Virus record (IMG/VR): IMGVR_UViG_3300035670_000067
Location: 32,001 to 96,000 of that record
Source of the DNA: a virus
Direction: 5' to 3' (one strand)
DNA length: 64,000 nt
Shown: piece by piece, positions 1 to 11,070 of the stretch
Position numbering within the stretch: position 1 is the stretch's first letter
How the letters are laid out: each line of letters starts with the position of its first letter
Position numbers and translations under genes: made by a program
Notes under the pieces: generated by a model
The model's input: the letters and a program-made list of their open reading frames with translations, nothing else
Databases searched by the model: none
Told to the model about the DNA's origin: nothing

Positions 1-812
1 TGCAAGCTCATTTGGAATTGCAGATCATATAGCAATGTTCCAGAACCATTACCTTCAGAATCTTTGCCGCCATTACTTGTGCCAGTGTTTAATCCTGTCA
101 TTATCACATTCTCATATGTATTTCCATTCAAGAATAATGTCCCGATCTTACCCAGAGGTCCACAACTACAAAGATAGTTGAACATATAGGCCTCTTTGTG
201 TTGTACTGAAGTATGCGCCAGCCAGCAACTTAGGGCTATAGTAACAATACCATCGTTCAAATTGGATACAGGCGCATTCGTTCTGAATTTTCTTGGTCTT
301 GACAATTGTGAAAATGATACGGGCATCGCAGCTTCCCAGTTATTGTAGAATCTAAATCTAAATTCACTAAAGGACTGGTCTTTATCTTGATACTTATATT
401 GAAAATAACCATCTCTGACTTGCGTCGTGCTGGGCTGAGCCTGCATGAAGTTTTGGCTATCGGAAAGTATGAAATCTAAACTGTATCGAAAATATTGATT
501 ATGAGTCATAACGTCAAAATCTACAGATGCTGGCACTACATCTTGATACGTGTTATCGTTTACGATTAAATTGGCTCTGCTATGCTTGGCGACTTCTTCG
601 CCAAGATTGTAATGCAGAGCTTCTATCTCTGTCTTTGTCTTATTGGCTATATGCCACGAACAGTCTATGGTGATCCTTCTATCTACTTCGTCAGATGGTT
701 TTAGCAGAGCGCCTATCGCTCTGGGGAATGTTAATGATATCGGATTGCTAGAACCGGAAAATGCGACGTTCGTTATGTGAGATATTCTGACCCCTCCAAG
801 AATAGCTGACAT
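1..812 (-). CDS. Partial tail protein, probable distal tail/baseplate hub (runs off window start)
   Basis: ATG at 810-812 overlaps the tape measure TAA; frame open to position 1 (MSAILGGVRISHITNV...); position after tape measure. Confidence 0.55.
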   Translation of the reverse strand, partial: MSAILGGVRISHITNVAFSGSSNPISLTFPRAIGALLKPSDEVDRRITIDCSWHIANKTKTEIEALHYNLGEEVAKHSRANLIVNDNTYQDVVPASVDFDVMTHNQYFRYSLDFILSDSQNFMQAQPSTTQVRDGYFQYKYQDKDQSFSEFRFRFYNNWEAAMPVSFSQLSRPRKFRTNAPVSNLNDGIVTIALSCWLAHTSVQHKEAYMFNYLCSCGPLGKIGTLFLNGNTYENVIMTGLNTGTSNGGKDSEGNGSGTLLYDLQFQMSL

Positions 813-3800
813 TATGCAACACTCCAGACATCGCCAGTGCCAGCGTTATCGAAGACACTCACACCACCTCTTTTCCCAGCAACTGCCCCTCTATTTTCTT
901 CTCTAAGTCTGCGCATAGCGTTTAGCATACCAGTTTCAACAGCTTGCGCAGTTTCTTTCTGTGTCGCTTCTCCGCCCCTAACTGTAAGCGGATCAGGCGA
1001 AATATTGAGCTGTTTCTGTATCTCGCCGATTAACCCTTCCCAAGTTCCCTGCCCCTGTATAGCTCTTTCCTTATAATCAACCTTACCAAACGCTGCTTCT
1101 ATCTTGTCAACTTGTGATCTAACGTATGCATCTCTGGCGGCAGCATCTTGAATCTCAGCAGCATTCGCTGCGACTTCTTTCATGTATCTGTTATAAACAG
1201 TGCGAGAAGCTTTTGTTATTTGAGAAGCTGTCCAATTAGTCTTGGGGAGACCACCAGTGAATGTCTGTCCAGCATATGTTCCACTTCGCGCTGCTCTTTG
1301 AGCTTTCTCAGCTATTGACTGTCTTCTGGTTTTTTCATAATCATGAATATCTGTTAAGACTTGAGCCTTATTGCCAGCAGCACCGGCGGCTCTCGCTGCT
1401 CCAGCTTGCCCGCTAAGATAGTCTAAAATCTTTTCGCCATATTCTTTCAGTGTATCGGTGACTTGACCGATGCTATTTTCTATAGCTTGAGCAGCAATCT
1501 CAGCATTGTCTTTAAGTAACTTTTCATTTTCTTTTATCTTGTCAGCAACTCTAGCACGTTCTCTCTTGACTGCGTCAGAAGCGTTTTTGGTATTAGGATC
1601 AAAGAATTGATCTGCATTCGCAAAAAGATTTTTTAATACTTCTGGCGTCGCCTTATCAAACCTTACATCTAATCCGAATTTTTTTGCTATATCCAAAGAG
1701 GCCGCTTGCAGCATAGTGTCAAACGCGAACATAGCCGGAGACGTGTATTTTAAAATATTCCAGATCAATTGGAAAATTCCATATAATGCATACGCTGTCG
1801 TCACGATAGACTTCAATCCATTATAAACACTTCTAACTCCATCCATTATAGTTGTGATAACTTTATTGTCGCTATTCAATATCCAATCAAATATCTGTAA
1901 TATGATATCATATATCTTATACAACGCGATTGTTCCAGCAACTAAAAACGTCTCCCACAACCATTTCATAGCTGACACAGTTTCGCCAGAAAATATAGAA
2001 TTCTTCATTAAAGCTCCGATATCGAATGAAGCTATCAGAACTCCAATCTGAGATAATAACCAGATTAATCCTAATGACGCATAAGTCAACGCTTTGTTTA
2101 TAGCGAAAACGATCATGCTGTAAATTTCTTGTCCGAATCTTTTCAATTTATCTACACTATACATATCGCCTCTAAATATACCAACGAACACGTTCTTTAT
2201 TTTTTCGCCAATCGTAAGTATTTTCAACAATGCGTCTGAGACTATTCTGGCAAACATAATGATATAATTTGTATCGCCCATTTTCATCATACTGGTGAAA
2301 AATTTATAGATATCCATAAGTTTAGACTTTATCTTTTCTATGACTTGAGGATCGAACATCGTACCATGCACTAATGATTTCACCGCTTCCAAGAATTTCT
2401 CGAAAGAAGCTTTCATGAAATCAACCACTGGTCTGAGTACCACTAAGGCTTTACCAAATCTTTCGATTATAGATTCTATTCTGGACGATGTCAGAATTTT
2501 TCCTAATTCTTTCCAATATGACATCATCTTATTGGAAAAAACTGTCGCAGATAAAAGTTTATCAAGCAACTTAGCGAATGACAATTTCGCAACATTTATT
2601 GTTTCATTGATTCTCGCTAACTTACTTTGCATCGTGTTTAGCGCCATCCCAACCTGTGCAGAAACAGATTTTTCAAGTTTTTCAAACTCTTGACGCATCT
2701 GCGCTATTTCTTCAATCGCACCCTTCTTACTAAAGATACCAAATGCTCTACGAGCTTGCACCAAGCCGAAAACTTTAGATAATTTTTCAACTGGGATTTT
2801 ACCCAGTTGTTGAATCATCTGAGCGAATCCTTCACCAAATCCGCGCTTCTTTGTTACATCCTGTATTTTATTCATATCCAAGCCAAGAGCTTCCATCTCT
2901 TTCCTGGCTTTACTCGAAGGTCTATAAACAGCTTCTGCGAATCTCTGCATATATTTACTGCTAGTCCCGGCAGAACCTCTGCCAAATGCGCGAGTCAGAT
3001 ACGCCAACTGTATCGCGGCTTCTCTAGCAGGAACACCTAATGATTCGAGAATAGAAGCTGCAGATGACAATGCTGGACCATACTCTTGCAGTGTAGTAAC
3101 GCCTAAGGTCGTACCAGCATTCAATATTCTGCCAGCTTCAGCAGCATCTTTCAATTGACTCTTATAAGCGTTGAAGAAAGTTACCAATGAATTTGTCGCT
3201 TCGCCCAAGTCTGACATATCACCCATCGCCAACTGTACTGAAGCTCTCAGAACATCAAGCGCTTCTTTCTGAGTACGAAACCCTGATGACAATGTATTGA
3301 ACATCGCTTCGTTTATAGCTTCAAACGACATACCAGTTCTATACATCATTTTTTGAACTGCTGTCATCACCCACTGGAATTTAGTTCCATAGATATCAAT
3401 TACTTCTTGTGCGGCCTTAACAGCACCTCTTTCAAACGAAACAAATAACACAAGACTGTCGTTAGCGAATTTAGCGATACTTTCTAAGATATTATTCATT
3501 GACATCCGTGTCAATGCAGCAAGCCCCTTCCAGAAAGAAGACCAAATTTCTTTTATGACTCTCACAGATCCCTTAACTATAGCGCCAATAATTCTAAATC
3601 CAGCAGTCAACACATCACCGATGACTTTCATGGATTTAGTAACTATATCAATAACTTCTTCAAATATGAGTTGAATACGTCCAGCAATTACTTGTATTGT
3701 GGATATTACTCCCATGACAACTAATGTGATACCGGCCATCACCGCAGCACCAATCGCTGTGCCGCCACCTGGACCGCCAGCTAATGTCCCGATAATACCA

Positions 3801-4855
3801 CCGATTAAACCTGAAGCAAGTGTATAACCGATACCCCTTATTGCACCGCCAACCGAAACCGCCAACTTTCTTAAACTGAATGTCAAGAAATTGAAAAACA
3901 TTTCGGCGATTGTTCCTGCGGCTCTACCTAAATCGCCAGCGACTGCGCTAACAGTGTCGCCAAAGATACTACCAACCGTAGAAGCAATTGATCCAACGGC
4001 GGCTCTGGCAGATCCTGATGTTCTTGACTGCAACGCCATCTGTTGCATTTTAGTACCGATATCAATAGCAGTAAAACCAAGAGCGCCACCCAGTTCTAAT
4101 GCCCCCTGTCTAACTGTATTACGTATCATATCTCTTCGTTGTTTTAGTACCTTGGCTCTTTCTCTAAATTGAGAACGCATAGTTCTCTGATATGCGGAAT
4201 TAGCTTTAGCTCTTAACCGCTGAACTCTTAATTCTTCTGCTATATCTCCACCAACAATTCCAGTTTGACCAGCTAATTTGCCAGACGCAGAACGAACATA
4301 GTTATTTGCTATTTCGCGAACTTCTTTTATAGAGCGTCCGTATTTATGCATACCGGCAGCAGCTTTATCCATATTAACTACTGATATTTTAGCTAAAGTG
4401 TCTCTCATCGGCTGCAGATATTTGTTTGCATTCAGCGCAGAAACACCAGCCTGCTTCAATTTAAGTGAAAGAGCGGCAATTTTCATATTATATGAATGCA
4501 TTACCCTAACTTTAGCAGAATTCATAATTGACGCCATAGTTCTAGATATACTATCGCCAGTTTGCCTAAAACTTCTGGAAGTTTTAGCGGAAACACTACG
4601 CAAATTCCCATATCTATTCTGAAGTAATCTTATCGTCCCACTGTAATCCCCAAGCTTCTTATCTGCTCTTTCAGCAGACTTCACCAAAGCATCTACATCT
4701 GCTTTAGTAAGTGTAAACCCCTTACCGGAAGTCTTACGAATTTTTTCTAATTCTGCGCGTAAATCAGCCGCAGTACCAACTAATTTAGCGATCTGCTTCT
4801 GAGAGTTGCCGGTCTTTATGCCAAGAACAAATCTTATTTCTCGTTCTCTGGCCAT
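812..4855 (-). CDS. Tail tape measure protein
   Basis: 1347 aa, helical Ala/Gly-rich, TP901-like core (LSSGF...A.QLA.G...AG....RF), follows tail tube and chaperones. Confidence 0.9.
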   Translation of the reverse strand: MAREREIRFVLGIKTGNSQKQIAKLVGTAADLRAELEKIRKTSGKGFTLTKADVDALVKSAERADKKLGDYSGTIRLLQNRYGNLRSVSAKTSRSFRQTGDSISRTMASIMNSAKVRVMHSYNMKIAALSLKLKQAGVSALNANKYLQPMRDTLAKISVVNMDKAAAGMHKYGRSIKEVREIANNYVRSASGKLAGQTGIVGGDIAEELRVQRLRAKANSAYQRTMRSQFRERAKVLKQRRDMIRNTVRQGALELGGALGFTAIDIGTKMQQMALQSRTSGSARAAVGSIASTVGSIFGDTVSAVAGDLGRAAGTIAEMFFNFLTFSLRKLAVSVGGAIRGIGYTLASGLIGGIIGTLAGGPGGGTAIGAAVMAGITLVVMGVISTIQVIAGRIQLIFEEVIDIVTKSMKVIGDVLTAGFRIIGAIVKGSVRVIKEIWSSFWKGLAALTRMSMNNILESIAKFANDSLVLFVSFERGAVKAAQEVIDIYGTKFQWVMTAVQKMMYRTGMSFEAINEAMFNTLSSGFRTQKEALDVLRASVQLAMGDMSDLGEATNSLVTFFNAYKSQLKDAAEAGRILNAGTTLGVTTLQEYGPALSSAASILESLGVPAREAAIQLAYLTRAFGRGSAGTSSKYMQRFAEAVYRPSSKARKEMEALGLDMNKIQDVTKKRGFGEGFAQMIQQLGKIPVEKLSKVFGLVQARRAFGIFSKKGAIEEIAQMRQEFEKLEKSVSAQVGMALNTMQSKLARINETINVAKLSFAKLLDKLLSATVFSNKMMSYWKELGKILTSSRIESIIERFGKALVVLRPVVDFMKASFEKFLEAVKSLVHGTMFDPQVIEKIKSKLMDIYKFFTSMMKMGDTNYIIMFARIVSDALLKILTIGEKIKNVFVGIFRGDMYSVDKLKRFGQEIYSMIVFAINKALTYASLGLIWLLSQIGVLIASFDIGALMKNSIFSGETVSAMKWLWETFLVAGTIALYKIYDIILQIFDWILNSDNKVITTIMDGVRSVYNGLKSIVTTAYALYGIFQLIWNILKYTSPAMFAFDTMLQAASLDIAKKFGLDVRFDKATPEVLKNLFANADQFFDPNTKNASDAVKRERARVADKIKENEKLLKDNAEIAAQAIENSIGQVTDTLKEYGEKILDYLSGQAGAARAAGAAGNKAQVLTDIHDYEKTRRQSIAEKAQRAARSGTYAGQTFTGGLPKTNWTASQITKASRTVYNRYMKEVAANAAEIQDAAARDAYVRSQVDKIEAAFGKVDYKERAIQGQGTWEGLIGEIQKQLNISPDPLTVRGGEATQKETAQAVETGMLNAMRRLREENRGAVAGKRGGVSVFDNAGTGDVWSVA

Positions 4856-5487
4856 TATTTCACGCTGTTAGGATTCCATTTACCATAGTTGAGTTTGAAA
4901 TTAGGAGCCTTCTTAGAATATTCTATTAGCTGCGTTCTCAAATTTTCAAATTCTTCGTGAGACATTGTTGCCAATCTGTTCTTCACGTTATCAACATCTA
5001 TATATGGAAGTTTTATCTCTCCATTCATTACTTTCGCCCTAGCTTCATCTATGGACTGCTTAGAATAACCGTGCTGTGCAATCATAAGATCAAATTGTGA
5101 CATGCTGGGCTGAACTGTTACAAATGCATTAGACGTATGTAGCTGCTGCCCCGTAGTGGCGGCTGGCTGGGCATTTTGAGCAGCAATGGCGGCGTCTCCA
5201 AACATGCTCTTGTCCTTTTTAGGGTCTGCATACATACGCCGTTGCATACAGCCTATTGCGAACATGATAGATTCAATTAATGATGGATCTTCTGAGTCCA
5301 CCATATCAACAAATTCAGATAATGTCTTACACCCGCCCATCCCCATTGTCGCTGCTATCGCAACAGAACGTTGAATTAAATCATAACGTTCTACATTAAA
5401 GATCTCCTCGCCTATCTGTACCTGATGTACAACCTTAGAGGCGAGGAGATCTTTGTAATACTTTTCGTCTCTGTCTACTGCATTCAC
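4855..5487 (-). CDS. Probable tail assembly chaperone (second)
   Basis: Synteny between chaperone and tape measure; translationally coupled. Confidence 0.45.
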   Translation of the reverse strand: MNAVDRDEKYYKDLLASKVVHQVQIGEEIFNVERYDLIQRSVAIAATMGMGGCKTLSEFVDMVDSEDPSLIESIMFAIGCMQRRMYADPKKDKSMFGDAAIAAQNAQPAATTGQQLHTSNAFVTVQPSMSQFDLMIAQHGYSKQSIDEARAKVMNGEIKLPYIDVDNVKNRLATMSHEEFENLRTQLIEYSKKAPNFKLNYGKWNPNSVK

Positions 5488-5918
5488 TTAGACGCGATAT
5501 TGATGATGTCAGAAGGCTTAACGTCTTCTTCTTTGTCTATAGTGCCAGTAAGTGCGAATTTGAAAACAAGCTGCATAGTATAAAGATCCATAATTTCCTC
5601 AAGACGTTTCTTTGCTTCTTCAATATCCATGGATTTGAATTCAGGATGTGCCTTGCCCAAGGATATCACTATACCCTTCATCATATTACCAAGCATCTTG
5701 TCATTCTCTCCATCAATTTTATTTTCAATAGCACTTAACTCATCAAACTCTTCTTCAGACAACCCAACTGCTCCCTCTTTTTTCTGGAGAAAACGCATTC
5801 TGGTAAACGCACTACTCTCTTCCTTATCCATCAAAGCCTTATGCTCAGAATAAGTGAGAGTCGTAAACGTGTAAACCTTTTCATCTGCGAGCTTGACGAG
5901 CAACTTTCTCATTTCCAA
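5484..5918 (-). CDS. Probable tail assembly chaperone
   Basis: Acidic helical 144 aa directly after the tail tube gene. Confidence 0.55.
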   Translation of the reverse strand: MEMRKLLVKLADEKVYTFTTLTYSEHKALMDKEESSAFTRMRFLQKKEGAVGLSEEEFDELSAIENKIDGENDKMLGNMMKGIVISLGKAHPEFKSMDIEEAKKRLEEIMDLYTMQLVFKFALTGTIDKEEDVKPSDIINIASK

Positions 5919-5947
5919 TTCCTTTATGTTGGATTAGAACTAATAAC

Positions 5948-5979
5948 AAAAAAGAAGCCGGCTCAAAGAGCCGGCTTCG
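5948..5979 (-). terminator. Intrinsic terminator after tail tube gene
   Basis: GAAGCCGGCTC-ttt-GAGCCGGCTTC hairpin followed by T-run on minus strand. Confidence 0.85.
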
Positions 5980-5998
5980 GATGGCTTCGAGGTTTTCT

Positions 5999-6433
5999 TT
6001 AGACGTTAGCGTTCCACACCGGGGCGGTCGCACCCAGCGAGATGTGGCCAGGATCAGCAATCGTAAACGTCAAATCACTTGTGACGAAGTCATTCTGTGT
6101 ACTGGCCACAGAATAGTTACTGAGCTTACAAGCTTCAATAGTTCCAGCAAGACCGCCGCCGTTGGGACCAAACCCAAGCACGACGTCAACATAGTTGTTT
6201 GTCAACATCGCATCACTGAGAGTCCAGCGTGAGCTGGACGCAGTAATCTCGCCAGATCTATTGCCAAGCTCGATAGCAAGTGGAAGACGATAATCGCCAC
6301 CGTACAGACTCTGAGGATCGCCGTCATAACTGACAGAGATTTCTGTCATCACGCCGACGCCAACAGCAGGTGAAACCGCATTCTCTGCTCTAACAACCAT
6401 AGTACCGACAGAAAACTGATATGTGTACGCCAT
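5999..6433 (-). CDS. Tail tube (major tail) protein
   Basis: 144 aa beta-rich, GC-richer codons like the capsid gene, own terminator, position before chaperones. Confidence 0.7.
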   Translation of the reverse strand: MAYTYQFSVGTMVVRAENAVSPAVGVGVMTEISVSYDGDPQSLYGGDYRLPLAIELGNRSGEITASSSRWTLSDAMLTNNYVDVVLGFGPNGGGLAGTIEACKLSNYSVASTQNDFVTSDLTFTIADPGHISLGATAPVWNANV

Positions 6434-6493
6434 GATTTTCTCCTAGTTGATTTTTAAGCCATCACGATATTTATCTATCTTGCCCAAACACTC

Positions 6494-7828
6494 TCAATCC
6501 TTCAAATACACTAAATCCAAATATGACTGCAATTCGATCATAGAATTTTCCCATGTCCTCCACACAACCGATGCATATCTATTGTCTATTTCTAAACGCT
6601 GTTCGGCAGTGCCGCGTTCTTCATAAACCTGATTCATTTTGTCTCCAAGTTCCTGAATATCACCAAATCCCATTTCTTCTCCCTCATAATAGGCCGAAGT
6701 CCCGACAGCCAATTTATCGTCGCATCTTCTATATGAAACTTCTTTACACAAATATCTCGCACCCTCCATATATTCCATATAACCACAACATTCATTATTC
6801 AATTGAATGATTGGCTTTTTCATAGCTCCTAATTCTAATCCAGGAAGCCAAGTAGATTCACCACTAGAGAATCCAACCAAACAATCTATACGAGAATACA
6901 CATGAGGCAACACTTCTGGATGAATTGGTACGTCTAATACTGAAATATGAGGTAACTTGTTTGCTGGCAACCCTAGCTTGGCAATGCAGGCATTTAGTTC
7001 AAGCCTTATTGACCATTTAGATCTATCCTCTTGATACTCTCCATAAGGCCGATTGCCATACTTGCAGACCAGCAGAAGGCTAACAGGATCATCTTTTGTA
7101 AACGTATTACAATAGGCTTGAACGATTTCTTCAACACCCTTCCTATAGTTCCAGCTTCCCACCACACCAAATACATATCTGTTACGAAGAGACACAATAT
7201 CAATTGGCGTAATTCCAGGGTGAAATAATTTCCCATCATAACCTATCCTCACTGTTGCTAATTGGGACTTAACTCCCGATTCTTTAAATCTGCGATAATC
7301 TATTTCTGTGGGGCATAAGATAAGATTCGCGTTATTACACCATTCCACAAGTCTAGGTTGCATCCTTCTAGTCTCGATCATAGTCCAGCCTATTACAATT
7401 CTATCAGTTGGCAAGAATTCTTTCTGTAGATGTCCAGGACCAGCTATAACAAGGAATATAGATTTACTAATATCAAAACACGGATTATTCACATACCATT
7501 GCAATCTACTAAACAATGCTGGATGAATATCAATTGGTGATTTTATTGGCGAAAGTTTGATATCATATAATCCAGTCTTTTCAAGACCAAATATCACTTC
7601 TCTTGTGTGCCCAGCATACCCACCATAGAAATCAACATAACCTCTAATATGCAGATTTCTCTTTTTAGCTCCAACGAAATCATTGACCAAAAACGGTCTG
7701 GCTAACGCACCTTCTGACGTCAATACATTTCCAATATCTAATGGACATAGATTCATCTCTTCAGCAACTGGATTAGAACAAGTATCACTATTGTTAGATT
7801 TATCTTTTTTTGCCCTTATCATGGCCAC
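6494..7828 (-). CDS. Glycosyltransferase, GT-B fold (GT4-like)
   Basis: GGYAGHTRE, TMIET, RKGVEE, GESTWLPGLELGAM motifs. Confidence 0.8.
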   Translation of the reverse strand: MAMIRAKKDKSNNSDTCSNPVAEEMNLCPLDIGNVLTSEGALARPFLVNDFVGAKKRNLHIRGYVDFYGGYAGHTREVIFGLEKTGLYDIKLSPIKSPIDIHPALFSRLQWYVNNPCFDISKSIFLVIAGPGHLQKEFLPTDRIVIGWTMIETRRMQPRLVEWCNNANLILCPTEIDYRRFKESGVKSQLATVRIGYDGKLFHPGITPIDIVSLRNRYVFGVVGSWNYRKGVEEIVQAYCNTFTKDDPVSLLLVCKYGNRPYGEYQEDRSKWSIRLELNACIAKLGLPANKLPHISVLDVPIHPEVLPHVYSRIDCLVGFSSGESTWLPGLELGAMKKPIIQLNNECCGYMEYMEGARYLCKEVSYRRCDDKLAVGTSAYYEGEEMGFGDIQELGDKMNQVYEERGTAEQRLEIDNRYASVVWRTWENSMIELQSYLDLVYLKD

Positions 7829-8316
7829 TCATCCTCGGTTCCATATCTGCTTTGGTAATCTTCATCCTTTGCTGAGACCACGAGAGAAAAATTCATAAAT
7901 CCACAATACTTCTCAAATTGATTTGAATATCTGAATTCTCTTTGTGTTCTCAAGCACTTGGCTACATACAAACCATAATTGCTAGGACTGTTTACTTCGC
8001 ATAATTGTTGTGGACGTTTATTTAAAATATTTTCTATCTCGTCCATTATCTTACTAGCGGTCGTCCTAGGATTCTTATCCGTCTTTTCAACCCACACATA
8101 AAATCCTATAGAAGCGTGTTCTGCTGGCAACTTTTCTTCAGCATTTTCTATCACGTAATCGTAACATATCTGTGGATATCTATTGCCGATAGGATTGCCG
8201 TCACTTGGATGTATTTCTATATTACCATTCTGGTCTTTTGCCAGCAGTTTCACCAAAATTGGCGATAATTCAAGGACTAATGGAATCTTTGCTTCTATTT
8301 TGATTGCTGTTGGCAT
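7819..8316 (-). CDS. Probable tail terminator/completion protein
   Basis: YPQICY motif, size and synteny. Confidence 0.5.
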   Translation of the reverse strand: MPTAIKIEAKIPLVLELSPILVKLLAKDQNGNIEIHPSDGNPIGNRYPQICYDYVIENAEEKLPAEHASIGFYVWVEKTDKNPRTTASKIMDEIENILNKRPQQLCEVNSPSNYGLYVAKCLRTQREFRYSNQFEKYCGFMNFSLVVSAKDEDYQSRYGTEDEWP

Positions 8317-8936
8317 TATTCACCGACTTGTTGAAGTATTAGCCTCGGGATTTCTTCCAACATTCTTTTCTCTGCCAATTCTAAAGATTTATCCATCCAC
8401 TGATATCCTGGTGCAATCTTTGATACAGAAGTAGTAAACACAACACCATATTTTTCTGAGCCTGCTTTCTGCGCGTTCAGCCAAGTTGAAGTGCTAGTAT
8501 ATCTTAACTCATTATCTATGTATCTTTGGCGAAATTTGCCTCTTAATCTATTGTATGGAATAGCAAGTGCGTATGGATGTTTGTAAGATCTTGGAGGCAG
8601 CGCTTTTCTACCATACTGTTCTATGATCAATGGGAAAAACGCTTCCATGACTGATTCGGATAAAATGATTCTTGATGTCAATTTATTATTTTCTATTCTT
8701 AAGCTTACACCAGCACCAATTTTGGGATTTGTAATTTTTCTATTCTCAGATTTTAACTTATCAACTATACCTGCATATTTCCTAGTCGCTGGACTACGCA
8801 TCAAAACCGTTTTGAGTGACTGTCTTAAAATCTTTGGTCCATTAGCATTAATGACATTAATACTCTTTTGGACTTTCTTCAAAAGAACCTTACTTAATTT
8901 TGTTTCAAATTCTTTCGTTGATAAATTATTACGCAT
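8316..8936 (-). CDS. Basic neck/tail-completion protein (HK97 gp10-like position)
   Basis: Basic 206 aa between head closure and tail terminator. Confidence 0.4.
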   Translation of the reverse strand: MRNNLSTKEFETKLSKVLLKKVQKSINVINANGPKILRQSLKTVLMRSPATRKYAGIVDKLKSENRKITNPKIGAGVSLRIENNKLTSRIILSESVMEAFFPLIIEQYGRKALPPRSYKHPYALAIPYNRLRGKFRQRYIDNELRYTSTSTWLNAQKAGSEKYGVVFTTSVSKIAPGYQWMDKSLELAEKRMLEEIPRLILQQVGE

Positions 8937-11070
8937 TGGCGAAATTCACTTCTTCTATACGTTCAGCGTTTACTTCCAAATGATGTCCTCTACCTGCCGC
9001 GTCATTGACGTGAACAACTCTAAATATAATTCCTTCTTCGCTTGTCATCGAACTTGATTCGCTCGCTTCAGAAGAGGAAGATGTGCTCAAAAATGTTGAG
9101 GAGCTCGAGCTGAATGAACTTGTTGAAGAACTGGAACTTCTAGTAGAACTGCTTGAAGAAGAAGAATAACTGTACGGTGTACTCAATTCTAACGTGCTCA
9201 GCGATGTTGAGCTATCAGATGATGATGTAGATTCAATTACACTACTGGACGATGAAGACGACTGTGAAGAAGTCGAAGATGATGAAGACGACTGTGAAGA
9301 ATCTGATGACTGAGAAGTTGGCGATGACGAACTACTAGACGATGATTCTTGCAGAAGCGTGGATGATGACGACGAAGATGTTTCTGACGCTTCGGTTGAC
9401 GAAGACGAAGACGAAGACGATGACGTTTCAGATGCTTCGGTTGACGAAGACGAAGACGAAGTTGATGACGAAGACGATGATAAAGACGAAGATGTTTCCG
9501 ATGCTTCGGTTGATGAAGAAGATAACGAAGTTGATGACGAAGACGAAGACGAAGACGATGACGTTTCAGATGCTTCGGTTGACGAAGACGAAGACGATGA
9601 CGAAGAAGTTTCCGATACTTCTGTTGATGAAGAAGATAGCGAAGTTGATGATGAAGACGAAGACGAAGACGATGACGTTTCAGATGCTTCGGTTGACGAA
9701 GACGAAGACGAAGACGAAGAAGTTTCCGATACTTCAGTTGATGACGACGAAGAGGATGACGAAGACGTTTCCGATACTTCTGTTGATGAAGAAGATAATG
9801 AAGTTGATGAAGATGATGACGAAGACGAAGATGATGTTTCCGACGCTTCGGTTGATGATGACGAAGATGAAGAAGAAGATGTTTCAGATGCTTCGGTTGA
9901 CGAAGACGATGACGAAGACGATAACGAAGACGATGACGTTTCAGATGCTTCGGTTGACGAAGACGAAGATGAACTACTTAAAGACGTAGAACTACTCGAA
10001 GACGACATTTCAGGTCCTTCTTCTTCAATGTCGCCAGATTCCATATTTACAGCTATTAAATCCGCGTTCCCCATAGTGTCTGGAATAGTGGGGAAAGAAG
10101 TAATATCATCAAATCTATACCAAGAATAAATATTAGCAAACTTTGGATGAGATTCTAGATTTTTTGGTCTACCGTCATTCCATATAAGAGCAACATCTGA
10201 TCCAGCTTTAGCGAATTCTCCTAAAGCTATTTCTTTATTTGAAATATAACCATCATCAAGATTTGTGTGCCAAAACACATAATCATCAAGATAGTAAGCA
10301 CCGCCAGAAACGGTGGCTGAAAGAAATTTAGATATTGATGTTCTAGAAACAACCGGTAGTGAAAAATCATTAGGAGTTGCCGTATACCCAATCAGCTTAT
10401 TATCTTCATATATTCTTATATCTTTTCCAGGATTGAATACACAAATAACACAATGCCATCTTCTATCATCGATGAAATTTGATTGATGTATGGAAGATGC
10501 AGTAAGATATAATTTGTTTTGCTGATTTCTACAATAAACTTGCCATATAGCACCAGGACCTGAATCAACTATCATTCGAATTCTAACGAAAATATCGCCC
10601 CAATTAGCTAAATTGACTAAGATTTGACTGAGAGCATATTGATTTAGATCTAAACCATCCCATCTCCACCAACATGAAATGGACCATCCAGAATTTGGAA
10701 AAAAAGAAACTGGAGGATTAGTCCCCACAAAATTGATAGATTCATCCACACCATCTAATCTTATTGCTTTTTGATTGCCGTAACTTGATGACGATGACCA
10801 ACTTGAAAACTCTATCGAAGATTCACCAATACTGCTTGAAGACCAAGAATTGAACTCTGCGCTTGTTGAAGTGCTAGATGTCGAGCTTCTTGACGATGAT
10901 GAAGAAGAACTGAATGAGCTATATTCTCGTGAAGTAAGAGAAGAAGATAATGAAGTTGATGAAGATGATGAAGATGATGAAGAGCTAAATGAATTGTATT
11001 CTCTTGAAGATATTGAAGAAAAACTTTGCGAATTTTCTGTACTACTCGATGAAGAAATATCTACAGACAT
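8929..11070 (-). CDS. Ser/Thr-rich mucin-like virion protein with LamG/ConA-like domain and head-closure-like C-terminus
   Basis: AIRLDGVDESI...WSISCWW...WHCVICVF...IRIYEDN...YLDD...SWYRFDD LamG pattern between poly-Ser tracts; about 10 TE(A/V)SET-S(n) repeats; ends FRVVHVNDAAGRGHHLEV. Confidence 0.75.
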   Translation of the reverse strand: MSVDISSSSSTENSQSFSSISSREYNSFSSSSSSSSSSTSLSSSLTSREYSSFSSSSSSSRSSTSSTSTSAEFNSWSSSSIGESSIEFSSWSSSSSYGNQKAIRLDGVDESINFVGTNPPVSFFPNSGWSISCWWRWDGLDLNQYALSQILVNLANWGDIFVRIRMIVDSGPGAIWQVYCRNQQNKLYLTASSIHQSNFIDDRRWHCVICVFNPGKDIRIYEDNKLIGYTATPNDFSLPVVSRTSISKFLSATVSGGAYYLDDYVFWHTNLDDGYISNKEIALGEFAKAGSDVALIWNDGRPKNLESHPKFANIYSWYRFDDITSFPTIPDTMGNADLIAVNMESGDIEEEGPEMSSSSSSTSLSSSSSSSSTEASETSSSSLSSSSSSSSTEASETSSSSSSSSSTEASETSSSSSSSSSSTSLSSSSTEVSETSSSSSSSSSTEVSETSSSSSSSSSTEASETSSSSSSSSSSTSLSSSSTEVSETSSSSSSSSSTEASETSSSSSSSSSSTSLSSSSTEASETSSSLSSSSSSTSSSSSSTEASETSSSSSSSSSTEASETSSSSSSTLLQESSSSSSSSPTSQSSDSSQSSSSSSTSSQSSSSSSSVIESTSSSDSSTSLSTLELSTPYSYSSSSSSSTRSSSSSTSSFSSSSSTFLSTSSSSEASESSSMTSEEGIIFRVVHVNDAAGRGHHLEVNAERIEEVNFANA

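Noticed and set aside
4855-5918. Programmed -1 frameshift joining the tail chaperones
   Set aside because: No convincing slippery heptamer near the end of the first ORF; the second ORF has its own ATGA-coupled start
9342-10129. Long plus-strand D/E-rich and T/K/M-rich ORFs
   Set aside because: Antisense shadows of the poly-Ser repeat; no RBS, and opposite to the operon
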